Positions 49,599-59,689 of a stretch of 64,000 nt of DNA are shown in pieces (positions within the stretch are counted from its first letter, which is position 1; each line of letters starts with the position of its first letter). The notes beneath the pieces are model-generated. The model made no database searches and was not told where the DNA came from. It worked only from the letters and a program-made list of their open reading frames with translations. The stretch comes from Candidatus Hydrogenedentota bacterium (GTDB taxonomy: Bacteria > Hydrogenedentota > Hydrogenedentia > Hydrogenedentales > SLHB01), in the NCBI GenBank assembly GCA_045863335.1, contig BTVY01000003.1:64001-128000 (forward strand). Reading direction: 5' to 3'. Position numbers and translations under genes: made by a program.

Positions 49599-50804
49599 TT
49601 ACTTATCAGGCCCGTGCGCCTCGGCCGTTGCTTCGGGAATTTCCGACTTGGTGATCAGCTCATCTGGATTGTGGTTTTCGGCGAGGTACGCATCATATCC
49701 CGTCTGCCCCTTGAGATAGCGGCCGAAGAACGCGGTTGTATAACCGTTGACTAGCTCGAAAGCCACGTCTTTGGTCACATAGGTGATCGGTTCGTCATTG
49801 GTAATGCGCGTGCCGGTGCCGACGCCATCGCCGAAGTTCGGATTAAACTGATACATCTCGGTGAAGGAATAATGCCCGCCGTTCTTGAATTCGACGAGGT
49901 AACGGGGGCCGGTGGATTCGTTGTAGTAGGTTCGCACCCGTTCGTTGCCGTCGGCGCCAATGGTGTCGTCTTCGGTGGCGGGTAGAATCAGGGCGGGGCA
50001 ATCGTACCGGCTGCGCGTGAGGGCAACACCGGCCATCGGGGCAATCGCCTTCACGCGGGGGTCCTGATCGGCCACGGCGGTCGTTGTGTATCCACCAAAG
50101 GAATGGCCCGACACGCCGATCTGGTCCATATCGACCTTCCCGAAGAAGCGGCTGTCATTGCCTTTGTTCATGCGTTCCATACAGTCGATGAGAAACCGAA
50201 TGTCCTTCGGCCTGTCCTCGGACGCGCGCTTACGTCCCTCTGGATCATCACTGAAAAAGACCGGTTCGCCATTGATGAACGTGATCAGACAATTGCCCGT
50301 GTGGTCCGGCGCCATAACGATGTAGCCGTGACTCGCCAGGTGTTCGCACCAGAACACATTCTGGCTTCGCATGCCGCCATTGCCATGCGAAAACAAAAGC
50401 AAAGGATATACGCCGTCGCGGATTCGCGCGTCGCGCACCGCGAAGTTCTCGAATGTCTCGTTCGAGGCCGTCAGGTCCGCTCCAAACGCCAGTTTCATCA
50501 CGGCCGCCGTAGCTTCGACGCCCCCGTTGTAAAACTCGATTAACTCATTGGGCGGCAGTCCGCGCGTTTCGTCCGTTGCGGGGTACCAGATCTCAGTCAG
50601 CAGCGACCGAGGACCGTTATCGGTTGCCACATCGGTGCGGCTGTGATCGACGAGCATCAACGTGGTTACGCCGACGGGGTAAGGACCAGGCTTCTCTGGA
50701 TCCGGGAGGTCCTCCGCGGCAAAGGTGGTATGGCCGGCAAACACCGAAACGAAGATGGCGAGAACGAGGGACACGTGGGACCTATAAAGACATCGTAGCA
50801 TCAT
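49599..50804 (-). CDS. Secreted alpha/beta hydrolase (PAF-acetylhydrolase/dienelactone-hydrolase-like)
   Basis: GPYPVG, EIWYPA, FSHG, LASHGY, GHSFGG nucleophile elbow. Confidence 0.85.
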   Translation of the reverse strand: MMLRCLYRSHVSLVLAIFVSVFAGHTTFAAEDLPDPEKPGPYPVGVTTLMLVDHSRTDVATDNGPRSLLTEIWYPATDETRGLPPNELIEFYNGGVEATAAVMKLAFGADLTASNETFENFAVRDARIRDGVYPLLLFSHGNGGMRSQNVFWCEHLASHGYIVMAPDHTGNCLITFINGEPVFFSDDPEGRKRASEDRPKDIRFLIDCMERMNKGNDSRFFGKVDMDQIGVSGHSFGGYTTTAVADQDPRVKAIAPMAGVALTRSRYDCPALILPATEDDTIGADGNERVRTYYNESTGPRYLVEFKNGGHYSFTEMYQFNPNFGDGVGTGTRITNDEPITYVTKDVAFELVNGYTTAFFGRYLKGQTGYDAYLAENHNPDELITKSEIPEATAEAHGPDK

Positions 50805-50920
50805 GTTCTCCTTGGAAGGACTTCAATCGCCGACTCTAAAATGAGGGTCTTATCGGGTAGTACAGTACTTGCTGAAGGCGTGGATGCTCAAGGCCCGCAG
50901 ACAAACGAAATTGACATTCA

Positions 50921-51631
50921 TTAGCGCGCAACCGGACTGGAGGGGCCGGGATCGGCTGCTGCGGCTCGAGCCTTATTCGAACGTTCCAGTAAGTCTACGA
51001 GGGCCTCGCCGACACGCTGCGCGATCACGCGCTGGCCTTCCGCGTTGGGGTGAATCTGGTCGACCATCATGCTGGGACGGCCGAATATGCCGTCCATGAG
51101 GTCCGGCACGAGTAGAGCGCCGTAGCGTTCGGCGATGGCCTCGTATTCGTCGAGGTACTTGTCGCTGAAGAATCCGAATTGAATGTGCACGAGAATGACC
51201 ATGGCGCCAGCGTCGATGCACTGCGCGACGATCTGGTCCAGATTGGCGAAAGTCTCTTCGCGAGGGACCTTGTTCAGGAAGTCGTTGCCGCCGAGTTCCA
51301 CGATGACGATGCGCGGATCATGGTCGAGCACGTCCCGTTCGAGCCGTTGCAGTCCTGAGGCAGTCGTGTCGCCGTTGCGTCCGGCGTTGATGATCTCCTC
51401 GCCGAGGGCCTCGGACAGGAGCGCGGGGTAGGTCTGCTCGGCTGGCACCCCGTGCCCGTACGTGATGCTGTCGCCGAAAGCCACAATCGCAATACCGGCC
51501 GAATCCAGGTTCGCGATTTTCCGTTCGCCCCCGCAACCGGCGGCGAGGATCGCCAACGTGCCCAAGGCCCAGCGAGAAAAGAACAGGGCGGCCATGGGTG
51601 ATCCCGATGGCCGCCCCGGATGCGTCTTCAT
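50921..51631 (-). CDS. SGNH/GDSL arylesterase lipoprotein
   Basis: LAAGC lipobox, FGDSIT, ELGGND, DQIHPN. Confidence 0.9.
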   Translation of the reverse strand: MKTHPGRPSGSPMAALFFSRWALGTLAILAAGCGGERKIANLDSAGIAIVAFGDSITYGHGVPAEQTYPALLSEALGEEIINAGRNGDTTASGLQRLERDVLDHDPRIVIVELGGNDFLNKVPREETFANLDQIVAQCIDAGAMVILVHIQFGFFSDKYLDEYEAIAERYGALLVPDLMDGIFGRPSMMVDQIHPNAEGQRVIAQRVGEALVDLLERSNKARAAAADPGPSSPVAR

Positions 51632-51636
51632 GAGGC

Positions 51637-52098
51637 CTACGGTTCAATGACCGGCAAGGTTTCCGGATCGATCACCTGGTGGCACTTGTTGCAGGACTCC
51701 ACCAGCGCGGTGTAGTTCGTCTGGCTCGCCGCGAAGTCGCGTGCCTTGGCCGACTCAGCCAGTGCGACGGATGCGTCAAACATGGCTTTCGTCAAGTTCT
51801 GCCACTCCGGATTCTGCGAGTATTCGTCATTCCGGATTGCAATCAAATTGGCGATCTCGGCCCCGCTTCCGGCTTCATCTTCAAGGCTGCGCCAATCCCG
51901 AGGGCTGGCTGGCTCCTTTGCCATGGCGCCATGCAGGTTCTCCATAAGCGGATCGGCAAACTTCTTCATGAACCGGCCCGTTTCCATCACGGGCTGTGAA
52001 AGTGCGGGCTTCTCCTGGGCAAATGCCTGCCGCATTTCCAAACCGCACACCGTTAGCACCAGCGCCACCACCAGCAGTCCAGCAAACCACTTCGACAT
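51637..52098 (-). CDS. Cytochrome c (c'-like, C-terminal CXXCH)
   Basis: Signal peptide, helical body, CNKCH near the C-terminus. Confidence 0.8.
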   Translation of the reverse strand: MSKWFAGLLVVALVLTVCGLEMRQAFAQEKPALSQPVMETGRFMKKFADPLMENLHGAMAKEPASPRDWRSLEDEAGSGAEIANLIAIRNDEYSQNPEWQNLTKAMFDASVALAESAKARDFAASQTNYTALVESCNKCHQVIDPETLPVIEP

Positions 52099-52444
52099 CG
52101 TGAAAAACCTCCGAAGCCTGAGTTATTGCAACCACGTTCCGGCAGAATCGCCAGAACCTTACAGCACAAAACGCGTAGCCTACCGGGGAACCCCCCAGAG
52201 ATCAAGTCGGCGAATCGAGCAGGCCCTTGAAAGGCAGCTCGATCGACCAGATCAGTTGACTTCATTACGCGACAAATATTCAGACAACGCGATATAATGA
52301 AAGTGCTCATTGCCCGTGGCGGGGGATTGGCAACGGTGACAGAACGCTCCTGAATAACAACCCTGAGACGTAACCAACCTGATCCTCGTAGCGCATGCCA
52401 GGTACAACTTTGTACGATTCAGCGGCGATGCTCTCAGAAAATTT

Positions 52445-52473
52445 TTGACTAAAATGAGAATTCCGAGTAGAAT
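52445..52473 (+). promoter_or_regulatory. Putative promoter of the peroxidase gene, TTGACT-N17-TAGAAT
   Basis: Hexamers with 17-nt spacing in an AT-rich intergenic region. Confidence 0.6.
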
Positions 52474-52583
52474 TATCTCGCAGTTCGGTTTGCAACGATT
52501 CCGAAGGTTGTTGGTTCTACCCTTATTGTGTTGCAATTAAACAGTTTGTACTGTTTGTTGCGGGTTCGAGGGAGGGTCGAGAC

Positions 52584-54290
52584 GTGGTTCGGCGGTCGCT
52601 CGTTACGTGTAGTTTCGGCGCTTTTGCGGTTCTCACGCTAGCGTTTCCGGCGTTTGCCCAGGTGACTTCGCCCGTCAAGCCTCCCCGAAATGCCGTCGAA
52701 TCGGTGGGAAAGTCCATCGAGTTGGAGACAAAGGGGCTGCTGAGTTGGCTGTTTCGTCCCCGGGCCGCCAAGTTCCCCCGTGAGTTCCGGACCATTGACG
52801 CATCCGAGAATAATCCCATGCACCCCGGATGGGGAGGGGCCGGCTCGGAGCTGATGCGGTTGATGGAGGCCGACTACGCCGACGGATCGTCAGCACCCGC
52901 GGGCGGCACGCGGCTCAGTCCCCGTGCCATCAGCAACGGCTGCGTGGCGCAGACTCAGGACATTCCAAATTCCCACCAGATATCAGACATGTTCTGGCAG
53001 TGGGGGCAGTTCCTCGACCACGATCTGAGCCTCGTCGGCACGATGGACCCCGTCGAACCCTTTGATGTCGCCGTACCCATGGGTGATCCGTTTTTTGATC
53101 CTATGTCCACGGGTACGAAAGTAATCCCAGTCGAGCGGTCGTTCTACCGGATGATCGACGGCGTGCGTGAGCAGGTCAACGAACTGACCGCGTATATCGA
53201 CGCCTCGCAGGTCTATGGTTCCGATGCGGTGCGCGCGCAAGCCTTGCGCAAATTGGACGGCACCGGCCGCATGAAGATGAGCAAGGGGCGCTTGCTACCT
53301 TACAACACGCAGGGTCTCGAAAACGCCATGGGCACGGACCCCAGCTTCTTCCTGGCAGGGGATATCCGCGCCAACGAGCAGGTCGCGCTCACGGCGATGC
53401 ACACCGTTTTCGTGCGCGAGCACAACTGGTGGGCCAAACGCATCCGTCAGGAATACCCCAACATGGATGGGGAGAAAGTGTATCAGTGTGCCCGCGCCCT
53501 GGTCGCCGCCGAGATGCAAGCCATCACCTACAACGAATTCCTGCCTATTCTCCTCGGCCCCGATGCATTGAAGCCCTACGTGGGATACAAGGCCTACATC
53601 AACTCCGGCATCATGAACGAATTCGCCACGGCGGCCTACCGCTTCGGCCATACGATGTTGTCGTCCGAACTCAAACGGCTCGACGCCAACATGCAGCCCA
53701 TTCCGGAAGGCCATCTCGCGTTGGCGGATGCCTTCTTCAATCCGACCGAATACAGTGATATCGGCATCGAACCCTACCTGCGCGGCCAGTCGTTCCAAAT
53801 CGCGCAGGAGGTCGACAGCTTCATCGTCGACGACGTCCGCAATTTCCTCTTCGGACCTCCCGGATCCGGCGGATTCGACCTGGCCTCGCTCAACATCCAG
53901 CGCGGCCGCGACCACGGTCTCCCCGACTACAACGCCGTGCGCGTGGCGGCAGGGCTTCCAGCGCGCACAGATTTCACCCAGATTTCGTCCGACCCGGGCG
54001 TGCAGAATGCCCTGGCGAGCATGTACGCCTCCGTGGACGACATCGATCTCTGGGTGGGCGGTCTGGCGGAAGATCATGTGCCGGGCGCCATAGTCGGCGA
54101 GACGTTCTGGACGATCATCAAGATCCAGTTTGAAGCCCTCCGCGACGGCGACCGCTTCTGGTACAAGGAATACCTTCCCGGCTACCTCGTCGAAATGGTC
54201 GAAGCGCGTACCCTCAGCAAGATCATCCGCCGGAACACCAAGATCGGCAGCGAACTGCAGCAGAACGTATTTGTTGTGCCCAATCCATAA
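52584..54290 (+). CDS. Secreted animal-type haem peroxidase (peroxidase-cyclooxygenase superfamily)
   Basis: WGQFLDHD, TAYIDASQVYGS, GDIRANE, AYRFGHT, NIQRGRDHG, LRDGDRFWY. Confidence 0.93.
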   Translation: MVRRSLVTCSFGAFAVLTLAFPAFAQVTSPVKPPRNAVESVGKSIELETKGLLSWLFRPRAAKFPREFRTIDASENNPMHPGWGGAGSELMRLMEADYADGSSAPAGGTRLSPRAISNGCVAQTQDIPNSHQISDMFWQWGQFLDHDLSLVGTMDPVEPFDVAVPMGDPFFDPMSTGTKVIPVERSFYRMIDGVREQVNELTAYIDASQVYGSDAVRAQALRKLDGTGRMKMSKGRLLPYNTQGLENAMGTDPSFFLAGDIRANEQVALTAMHTVFVREHNWWAKRIRQEYPNMDGEKVYQCARALVAAEMQAITYNEFLPILLGPDALKPYVGYKAYINSGIMNEFATAAYRFGHTMLSSELKRLDANMQPIPEGHLALADAFFNPTEYSDIGIEPYLRGQSFQIAQEVDSFIVDDVRNFLFGPPGSGGFDLASLNIQRGRDHGLPDYNAVRVAAGLPARTDFTQISSDPGVQNALASMYASVDDIDLWVGGLAEDHVPGAIVGETFWTIIKIQFEALRDGDRFWYKEYLPGYLVEMVEARTLSKIIRRNTKIGSELQQNVFVVPNP

Positions 54291-54456
54291 TCGGTTCGCA
54301 TCAGTTCGTCTCGTTACGCTCTTCCCGTAGAAGTATTCGCGAATAAATCTCGCTTTAATGTGAACTTTTCCGTACTTCTGGGCATCATATCGGGGAGCAG
54401 AACTGTTCTTACTAGACCCGGGCGGATCGTTCCGCCGAGGGGCTACTGACAAGGAA

Positions 54457-55350
54457 ATGCTTGTGACAGAACAGGTTCCAGAAGAATCGAAGAAGCCGGA
54501 ACTGGTGGAAGCGAAGCCGGTATCCAAGCCGGAAACCGAATCCGAGGGTCCGGATATCACGCGGATCATCGTGCGGACCCGTGCCGCCGCGCCATGGGCC
54601 ATTGCCGCGGTGCTGATTACCGCTATCGTGGTCGTCGGCTTCCTTGTTTACAGCGTGACCTACCGCCTTCCCCGCGAAGCCGCCACGGTCGCCGTGGACA
54701 CCGTCGAGAAAACCGTCAACCGCATGAGCGAATTGCCGACCGGGATCGCCGCTGCCTTCAAGCCCAATGTGAACGTGAACACCACCATTCATCGCGCCGT
54801 TGACGATCTGAAGCAGGAGGCCAAGCTCGTGGTCATGACGGCTGGCGTGGATGTGGAAGTACAGAAGACGAGTGAGAAGGCAATTCTGTGGGACTACCTG
54901 CAACTCGGCGATACCTCCGTGCGGCTTCGCGCCCAGGACAACAAGGTGCAGTACTACATCCCCGTCGCCGAACTGTCGCGCGACAACTTCGAATACGATG
55001 CGGAAGCCGGCGCGGTCTGCCTTCATCTACCCGAACCCGTGCTCGACACCGATTTCGTTGATGTCCAAAGCAACCCCGACCTGTACCAGGTTCAGACCGA
55101 AGTGGGCTGGGGTCGTCTTGAAATGTACTCAGGCCGCTATCTCGAAGACGAAGCCCGGCGAACCCTTCGCGGCACCGTGCTCGAGGAAGGCGATAGCGAA
55201 TTACTCAGGGAACGCGCTCGCAAGGAAGCAGAGCAGGTGGTAACTGCAATGCTGTCGAATCTCGTGTCCGGGCTTAGGGAGGACGTGGCGTTTCGCGTTG
55301 AATTTGACGTAGCGCCATCCGAAACAACAAGCGTGTGGGTCAATGGGTAA
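54457..55350 (+). CDS. Membrane-anchored hypothetical protein (DUF4230-like)
   Basis: Single TM; L.LPEP and A+..A.. C-terminal pattern. Confidence 0.6.
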   Translation: MLVTEQVPEESKKPELVEAKPVSKPETESEGPDITRIIVRTRAAAPWAIAAVLITAIVVVGFLVYSVTYRLPREAATVAVDTVEKTVNRMSELPTGIAAAFKPNVNVNTTIHRAVDDLKQEAKLVVMTAGVDVEVQKTSEKAILWDYLQLGDTSVRLRAQDNKVQYYIPVAELSRDNFEYDAEAGAVCLHLPEPVLDTDFVDVQSNPDLYQVQTEVGWGRLEMYSGRYLEDEARRTLRGTVLEEGDSELLRERARKEAEQVVTAMLSNLVSGLREDVAFRVEFDVAPSETTSVWVNG

Positions 55351-55636
55351 AGAAAAAGTATTCGTTGTGGAGGACAAGAGTCCCGGGTGCATCGGGCAGG
55401 GGATGGCCGTGCTCGGGATACTCGTGTCTACCTTCTGGTTGCTGAATTTCACGTTTGGCGTCGTTGAGTTGCCCGACAATATGCCCTTCGTGGGCAACCT
55501 CGACGAGGCGGCCGCCGCCGCAGTGCTCTTTTCCTGCTTGCGCTACCTCGGTTTTGATGTGCTCCCCTTTGGCAGACGCGGAAAGAAATCGAACGACGAC
55601 GTTATCGACGTCAAGGTGGAAAAGTCGGAAGACTGA
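55343..55636 (+). CDS. DUF1232-like small membrane protein
   Basis: ELPDNMPFVGNLDEA motif. Confidence 0.75.
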   Translation: MGKEKVFVVEDKSPGCIGQGMAVLGILVSTFWLLNFTFGVVELPDNMPFVGNLDEAAAAAVLFSCLRYLGFDVLPFGRRGKKSNDDVIDVKVEKSED

Positions 55637-56161
55637 CTACCGTCCCTCTTTCCGGGCGATATCTGCTTCCAGCGCGTCCACCACGTTTTGAAAGAGTTTG
55701 CGGTTTTCCTCGTTCATCTCGGACAGGGTCAGGTGGGCATCGAGGATCATCCGCGCCACATTGACCTCTGCTTCCGGTGCCTCCGGCAGGGGCTGAAGTT
55801 TCCCCTGAATCGGCGCGTCCATGATGAAGATGGTGTATAGCGCGTCGAATCCCGTGACCTTCAAAGCCTTCGCGACGCGCCCCTCCCGCACAATGAGCGT
55901 CGCCTTGCGGCCGAATTCATCCTTGGAGAAGCGGGCAACCTCGGCGAGTAACCCCAGATTCGTGCTGTCGATGCCCGTGGCTTCGGTCAGGTCAACGACG
56001 ATGTTATCAAAGTCCTTCTCAGTGAAGAGCTTGTCCAAGAACACGCGCAAGGCCTTGCTCAGCGGGAAGGTCCAGTTCGAGGTGAAGCCGATGGACCCCA
56101 CGAACTTGAGAACGCACACGTCGCCAAACCGCGCGTGGAAGACCTGACCCTGTGGCTCCAT
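55637..56161 (-). CDS. STAS-domain anti-sigma factor antagonist
   Basis: VVDLTEATGIDSTNLGLL; C-terminal ILDAHLTLSEMNEENR.LFQNV. Confidence 0.85.
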   Translation of the reverse strand: MEPQGQVFHARFGDVCVLKFVGSIGFTSNWTFPLSKALRVFLDKLFTEKDFDNIVVDLTEATGIDSTNLGLLAEVARFSKDEFGRKATLIVREGRVAKALKVTGFDALYTIFIMDAPIQGKLQPLPEAPEAEVNVARMILDAHLTLSEMNEENRKLFQNVVDALEADIARKEGR

Positions 56162-56282
56162 GCCCAATTCCTTTCCCTGCCTTGAACTAGCTGTATTGTT
56201 CACTGAAAGCGGTAGAATATCAATAGCCGGCGTAGGGTCGCGGACCGGGGTATAATGGGGTGAGGCGCAGCTAAAACACCTC

Positions 56283-56311
56283 TTGCATTTTTGTCAACAT
56301 TTTACTATACT
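56283..56311 (+). promoter_or_regulatory. Putative promoter TTGCAT-N17-TATACT
   Basis: Hexamers with 17-nt spacing, 73 nt upstream of the 56385 ORF. Confidence 0.55.
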
Positions 56312-56384
56312 CGGCTCTGGGGAATCCGGTAAAGGCCAACCGGCAACCGGATCCTGGGGAACCTGAAGTCAGCAGGTAATTACT

Positions 56385-56882
56385 ATGAGCAAGCAGATCA
56401 CCCAAGCCAAGCAGGAGCGAATCGTCGAGGCCGTCCGCCACGGGCTTGAAGGCATGGCCGCCGTGGAGTTCGTCCAGAACAACGGCTTCGCCATGACCAC
56501 GGCGGGCATTGCGAAAAACCTGCGCAGCATGGGAGGGAGGGGACGCGTACAGGAACTGATCAACGACGGGAAGACCAACATCGAGATCATGGAACTGTGC
56601 TTTCCGGAAGCAGACCTTTCGCACCTGCACCCGGAACCACCCAGCCAGCAGGAGTTGTTCGGAAAAGAGCCCGCCACGCGCCGCAGCAGCGTCGTGCCCT
56701 TCCGAGACGACCCGCTCTACGAATCGAGGAAAATGTCCATCAAAGTCCCCGCCGACCTCTACGAAGCCATCCGCCTCGCCGCCAAAGCCGAAGGCAAATC
56801 TCAAAACGAACTCATCGTCGACGTCCTCACCTCCGCCCTCTCCCGAATCCCCGGCCCCCCTAGAGAAGACCAGGAAGACTGA
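56385..56882 (+). CDS. Hypothetical DNA-binding protein with C-terminal ribbon-helix-helix
   Basis: KMSIKVPADLYEAIRLAAKAEGKSQNELIVDVL is RHH-like. Confidence 0.7.
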   Translation: MSKQITQAKQERIVEAVRHGLEGMAAVEFVQNNGFAMTTAGIAKNLRSMGGRGRVQELINDGKTNIEIMELCFPEADLSHLHPEPPSQQELFGKEPATRRSSVVPFRDDPLYESRKMSIKVPADLYEAIRLAAKAEGKSQNELIVDVLTSALSRIPGPPREDQED

Positions 56883-56903
56883 GTGTCTTGCGATTCGAAG
56901 TTC

Positions 56904-56962
56904 GAGGTGCCACGGGCTTCCAGCCCGTGAACCCCATGGGCAGGATGCCCATCCCTCTTCAA
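56904..56962. repeat. REP-like palindromic element copy 1
   Basis: GAGGTGC-CACGGGCTTCCAGCCCGTG plus ATGGGC..GCCCATCCCTCTTCAA. Confidence 0.8.
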
Positions 56963-57036
56963 ACGCAACATCGAAGATCCGAAACTGACGCGGAAATGCA
57001 ACGCCGGTCGAAAGCCGCCGCTACGAAAGGTACTCC

Positions 57037-57336
57037 ATGGTCCTGTTACGCATTCTGGGCTGCACGGCGATAGCACTTGCTTTGATTGGTCTCGTGCTCA
57101 GCGATCCCACGGGGGTTCTATACCAGGGTCAGGACGCCGCCGGTCGTGGCATGTTCTCCGGGCTCGTATTCGCCTTCTTCGGCTTCCACAGCTTCGTCGT
57201 CAGTTTCGTTGCATTCGGAGTGTCGTTCTTGAAGAAGTATCAACCGCTCGATAAGTTGACGCTGGTTCTCGCGCGGGGCCCCTTCATTCTCTTCCTCCTC
57301 GCGATCATGGTTTCGCTCTTCTGGAACCCATACTAA
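57037..57336 (+). CDS. Small 3-TM membrane protein
   Basis: Three hydrophobic segments; lies between two REP-like elements. Confidence 0.6.
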   Translation: MVLLRILGCTAIALALIGLVLSDPTGVLYQGQDAAGRGMFSGLVFAFFGFHSFVVSFVAFGVSFLKKYQPLDKLTLVLARGPFILFLLAIMVSLFWNPY

Positions 57337-57357
57337 TCCGAGAACCGAAGATGAGGG

Positions 57358-57518
57358 AACGAGGTGCCACGGGCTTCCAGCCCGTGATCCTTCATGGGCG
57401 GAAACGCCCATCCCTCTTCAATCGAGTTTTCCAACAGTCGCGACAACTCCGCCCCAGAGACATGGCCTGGAAGGCACTGACACCTCGAAATCACGGCCTG
57501 GAAGGCCGTGGCACCTCG
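57358..57518. repeat. REP-like doublet element copy 2
   Basis: GAGGTGCCACGGGCTTCCAGCCCGTG ... inverted CACGGCCTGGAAGGCCGTGGCACCTC. Confidence 0.85.
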
Positions 57519-57534
57519 AGGCAGTGCGTTCGCG

Positions 57535-58557
57535 TCAATCGTAGTGAGGGAAGTAATCCGGCCGGTCGTGGCGTAGCGAATCTGACGGACGGCCTGTCAA
57601 ACGTTGCGCGAACCAATACACGGCGCGTCCCCCATAGCCTATGGCGGCGCTGGCGCCGAAGGCCGTAGCCAGCGTGTTCGCCATGCCCATGTAGAATGGC
57701 GCCAACGTAAGCGACCATGTCGCATCGGCAAACTGTCCGAGGTGGAGCGACCCCGGACTCCCTTCGTTTGAGACCGACAACACGAGGAAGGGCATCGCAC
57801 CATAGATTCCCAGCAGAATCCACGCGAGGGTGGCGTACGACAAATTCCGCTTAATACGAGGCGGACGGTCGCACCACCACAGCCACGCGACCGATTGAAC
57901 GATGATCGCGAGGAATGCGAGAGCCACGAAAACGCCGGCGGTGGGCCCCGACGTTCCGAAATTCCCAGTAGAGATTCCAATGCTGGGCACCATGCAGAAC
58001 AACAGCAGCGCGCCCGCTAAACACTGCCAAATCCGGACCGGCGTCCAGCGGATGAACCAGGGACGCTCGCCGCGCGCCACCTGTCGTTCCCAATGCAACA
58101 CGACGAACCACGTGAATGCCACCAGCAAGGTTATCAGCGTCACGTTGTACAAGGTCCAAACCATCCCCACGTAGGGTTGGAGTGCTGGTGCACCGCTGGA
58201 TAGGGCCAGCAACACGGACAGGGTAAACGCGTTTAGGATCCGGCCGGCGCCGTAGCAACCGAGGCCGAGCATCGCGATCGCTGCCGGTCGCCGCCCCAAG
58301 CTTACCGTCGCCTCCTGCACGTGGGCGTGTTGCAGCAGTTCCTTCACGACCGCCGGATTCCCGAAGTGCTCACGGACGAGCAGGAACGCGTCTTCCTCCG
58401 TGATGGGGTCTTTTCCGTGGAGGTAACCGTTGAACCGATCCTCCACGTGGGACATCAGCTCTTCCTGAATCTCGGGGTCGATCTCTTCCGCAACGGTGAT
58501 CTGCCTGCACAAGGCACGCAGCCGTTCCTGTATCTCCGAACTGGGTGTCTTATCCAT
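57535..58557 (-). CDS. Membrane protein with helical 'permease prefix'/HAAS-like N-terminal domain, copy B
   Basis: EIQEELMSHVED...EEDA...V.EHFGNP followed by multiple TMs. Confidence 0.8.
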   Translation of the reverse strand: MDKTPSSEIQERLRALCRQITVAEEIDPEIQEELMSHVEDRFNGYLHGKDPITEEDAFLLVREHFGNPAVVKELLQHAHVQEATVSLGRRPAAIAMLGLGCYGAGRILNAFTLSVLLALSSGAPALQPYVGMVWTLYNVTLITLLVAFTWFVVLHWERQVARGERPWFIRWTPVRIWQCLAGALLLFCMVPSIGISTGNFGTSGPTAGVFVALAFLAIIVQSVAWLWWCDRPPRIKRNLSYATLAWILLGIYGAMPFLVLSVSNEGSPGSLHLGQFADATWSLTLAPFYMGMANTLATAFGASAAIGYGGRAVYWFAQRLTGRPSDSLRHDRPDYFPHYD

Positions 58558-59689
58558 GGGTGTCCTCCGCGAGCCGCAGCATCATGCTATTTGCTGCACT
58601 AGAGTCATGCGCGTGCGCGCTTCTTTCTTGTAACCGAACGCGTCGTCCATCTCATTGCGAGGTCGCTCGCGAACTGTCTGCACTTCGGCGGTAGCGCTGT
58701 AGGTACACGTAAGCTGCGCGTGCCAGAATTCCGACCACTGCAACGTATGCTAGTAAAAAAATGACACCAACGACATTGCTTGTGTGGAGTCCAGACCACC
58801 AACCACCAAACTCGATGGCGGATAGTCTTAGGGGGATAGCAGAGTCGCTCTGTGTGTGAATCGGAATGTATGCGACTGTGGCGGAAAGCGAAGAGTATGT
58901 AGTGACGAGTATCCATGTCGCCATTGTGTGTCGAAGAGTGCGCCGCGATCGGGGTGGAGTATCGCACCACCAAAACCAGGCCGCGGCTTGTGCAATCAGG
59001 CATAGCCCGGCATAACGCGGGAAACGCGTTGCGTATGAATACGTCGCTGTGACGGAATTGTCTAGACTAACGAATGCGAAAGATATGTAATCGATATCAG
59101 GGGTGATATGAACGATAAGCGCTACGGCAAACCCAATGAATACGATTCGACGAATGGACCATCTGGAAAACCAGAAATGCCGTCCGCGCCGGAGTCCGCG
59201 GCGCCAGTAGACTACGGTCGCCCAAATCACACAGGCTACCGCCACGTACGCGAGCAGGACGTACATGCTCCCAAGAGGAGGGAACGTAATTGCTGTGGCA
59301 AAACCGAGAGCGCCCATGACGATGAACAATGTGTGAAGCAGTTTCGCTATACCGAAGCAAATCAGACTCACGATTCCGATCGCTGCCAGTCGCCGCCCCA
59401 AGCTTACCGTCGCCTCCTGCACGTGGGCGTGTTGCAGCAGTTCCTTCACGACCGCCGGATTCCCGAAGTGCTCACGGACGAGCAGGAACGCGTCTTCCTC
59501 CGTGATGGGGTCTTTTCCGTGGAGGTAACCGTTGAACCGATCCTCCACGTGGGACATCAGCTCTTCCTGAATCTCGGGGTCGATCTCTTCCGCAACGGTG
59601 ATCTGCCTGCACAAGGCACGCAGCCGTTCCTGTATCTCCGAACTGGGTGTCTTATCCATGGGTGTCCTCCGCGAGCCGCAGCATCATGC
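58275..59689. repeat. 313-bp direct duplication (58275-58587 and 59377-59689)
   Basis: Identical except one base seen by eye; offset 1102 nt. Confidence 0.92.
58652..59659 (-). CDS. Membrane protein with helical 'permease prefix'/HAAS-like N-terminal domain, copy A
   Basis: First 90 aa identical to copy B; overlaps the padR stop. Confidence 0.8.
   Translation of the reverse strand: MDKTPSSEIQERLRALCRQITVAEEIDPEIQEELMSHVEDRFNGYLHGKDPITEEDAFLLVREHFGNPAVVKELLQHAHVQEATVSLGRRLAAIGIVSLICFGIAKLLHTLFIVMGALGFATAITFPPLGSMYVLLAYVAVACVIWATVVYWRRGLRRGRHFWFSRWSIRRIVFIGFAVALIVHITPDIDYISFAFVSLDNSVTATYSYATRFPRYAGLCLIAQAAAWFWWCDTPPRSRRTLRHTMATWILVTTYSSLSATVAYIPIHTQSDSAIPLRLSAIEFGGWWSGLHTSNVVGVIFLLAYVAVVGILARAAYVYLQRYRRSADSSRATSQ

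Noticed and set aside
58275-59689. Diversity-generating retroelement TR/VR pair
   Set aside because: No reverse transcriptase nearby, only one mismatch, and the repeat is at the N-terminus rather than a C-terminal variable region
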